A stretch of 63,924 nucleotides of DNA, counting the filler, from Octopus bimaculoides (Eukaryota): the NCBI RefSeq assembly GCF_001194135.2. It is 8 parts of 7 records of this genome, joined end to end, with 100 filler letters (N's around TTAATTAATTAA, not from the genome) between each part and the next. Parts side by side here need not be neighbours in the genome. Positions count along the whole stretch, not along the records: positions 62,024 to 63,924 come from NW_026385111.1; 7 more parts are not named here. The stretch is one strand, 5' to 3'. Made by a program: the position numbers and the translations under genes. Shown here one piece after another: positions 62,024 through 63,924 of this stretch (the stretch's first letter is position 1; each line of letters starts with the position of its first letter). The notes below the pieces were generated by a model. That model saw only the letters and a program-made list of their open reading frames with translations, did no database searches and had not been told where the DNA came from.

Positions 62024-63924
62024 ACGTACATAACAACGTATGTATGTTCGTACGTACGTAATTACGTATGTATGTACATGCGTACGTACGTAACTACCTA
62101 TATATGTATGTTCGTACGTACGTAACAACGTACATATGTATGTACGTACGTAAGGACGTATATATGTATGTAAGTACGTATGTACGTAACTACGTATGTG
62201 TGTACATACGTACGTACGTAACTACGTATGTATGTGCGTACGTAAATACGTATATATGTACGTACGTACGTAACTACGTATATATGTTCGTATGTATGTA
62301 CGTATGTACGTAAGCAACTACGTATGTATGTACGTAAGTACGTATGTAACTTCGTATATATGTACGTACGTACGTACGTAACAACGTATATATGTACGTA
62401 CGTATGTATCTACGAATGTATATATGTACGTACGTAACTACGTAAGTATGTACGTACGTAGGTAACTACGTACGTAGGTAACTACGTACATAGGTACGTA
62501 CGTACGTAACTACCTATATAAGTACGTCCTTACGTAACTCGGTATGTATGTATGTACGTACGTAACTACGTAAGTATGTACGTACGTATGTAAGTACGTA
62601 TTTATGTACGTACGTACGCACTTAACTACGTATGTATGTAAGTACGTACGTAACTACTTTTGTATGTACGTATGTACGTACGTACGTAACTACGTATGTA
62701 TGTACGTACGTATGTATGTATATATTTACGTACGTATGTGCGTAACTACGTATGTATGACGTACTACGTACGTAAATACGTATATATGTACGTACGTAAA
62801 TACCTATGTATGTACATACGTACGTAACTACGTATGTATGTACGTACGTACGTTACTACGTATGTATGTACGTACGTAACTACGTATATATGTACGTACG
62901 TACGTACGTACGTACCGAAGTATCTACGTACGTAAGTACGTAAGCACGTATGTATGTACCTACGTACGTAACTACGTATGTATGTACGTACGTATTTACG
63001 TAAGTACGTATGTATGTACGTACGTACGTAACTACGCATGTGTGTACGTACTTACGTACCTAACTGCGTGTGTATGTACGTACGTATGTATGTACGTAAG
63101 TATGTACGTAACTACGTATATATGTACATACGTATGTATGTACGTACGTGCGTATTTTCTTACGTAGTTCCATACAAACGTACGTAGGAACGCACGTATA
63201 TCCATACATACGTACGTAAGCAAGTACGTGCGTCAATACATACATACGTAGGTACGTACGTACATCCATACGTACGTACATCCATACATAACTACGTAGG
63301 TACGTACGTACATCCATACATACGTACGTATGTACTCACGTACATCGATACATACGTACGTACGTACATCCATACCTGCGTACGTAGGCACGTACGTGCA
63401 TGCATTCATACTTACGTAGGAACGTACGTACATCCATACATACGTGCATATGTACGTACGTACATCGAAACATACGTACGTAGACAAGTACGTACATGAA
63501 TACATACTTAGGTAGGCACGTACGTACATACATACATACGTAAGTAGATACGTACGTATATACATACATAGGTACGTCGGTAGGTACGTACATCCATACA
63601 TACGTATGTAGGTACGTACTTACATCCATACATACAAACCTATGTACATTCATCCATACATACGTACGTAGGTATGTACGTACATCCATACATACCTACG
63701 TAGGTACGTAAGTACATCCATACATACATANNNNNNNNNNNNNNNNNNNNNNNNNNNNNNNNNNNNNNNNNNNNNNNNNNNNNNNNNNNNNNNNNNNNNN
63801 NNNNNNNNNNACGTAGGTACATACATAGATACGTAGAAACGTACATACATCCATACATGCGTACGTAGGTGCGTACGTACATCCATACATACATACGTAG
63901 GTAGTACGTACATCCATATATGCA
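62024..63924. repeat. ACGT-rich complex satellite (TACG/TATG/TAAC tetramers) with internal orientation switch
   Basis: Left part CTACGTATGTATGTACGTACGTAA; right part TACGTACATCCATACATACGTAG. Confidence 0.95.

Noticed and set aside
3-63917. Most ORFs in the six-frame track (YIYI, VCVC, poly-X, poly-L/Q/N)
   Set aside because: They are translations of microsatellites or N-gaps.

Overview
This is repeat-rich eukaryotic genomic DNA from a draft scaffold, AT-rich and full of microsatellites and N-gaps. The repeat content suggests an octopus or other cephalopod (inference, not verified). Nearly all ORFs in the supplied track are artefacts of microsatellites or gaps. Content I can support: (1) several short, phase-compatible candidate exons of an unidentified + strand gene (best at 9998-10090, 21970-22068 and 22695-22786); (2) many transposon relics: Tc1/mariner pseudogenes and MITEs, hAT MITEs, an internally deleted ISL2EU-type element (SAP+SWIM ORF and THAP pseudogene), RTE, CRE and R4/Dong LINE fragments, two Penelope-like (GIY-YIG) fragments, a HINE/Helentron-like element and several tRNA-derived SINE families; (3) satellites and fold-back elements. 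The most interesting signal is six minimal type I hammerhead ribozyme (HHR)-like motifs of the kind associated with Penelope-like elements. Three lie in the tail of a tRNA-Arg-like SINE. Two of these SINEs form a spacer-less head-to-head dimer (55597-56359) flanked by one 12-bp direct repeat (AGGAATACTGCA), which suggests a single two-template insertion. The (TAA)n linker of one copy hosts an R4/Dong LINE 3' end. All alignments, translations and folds were done by eye; no database searches were run.
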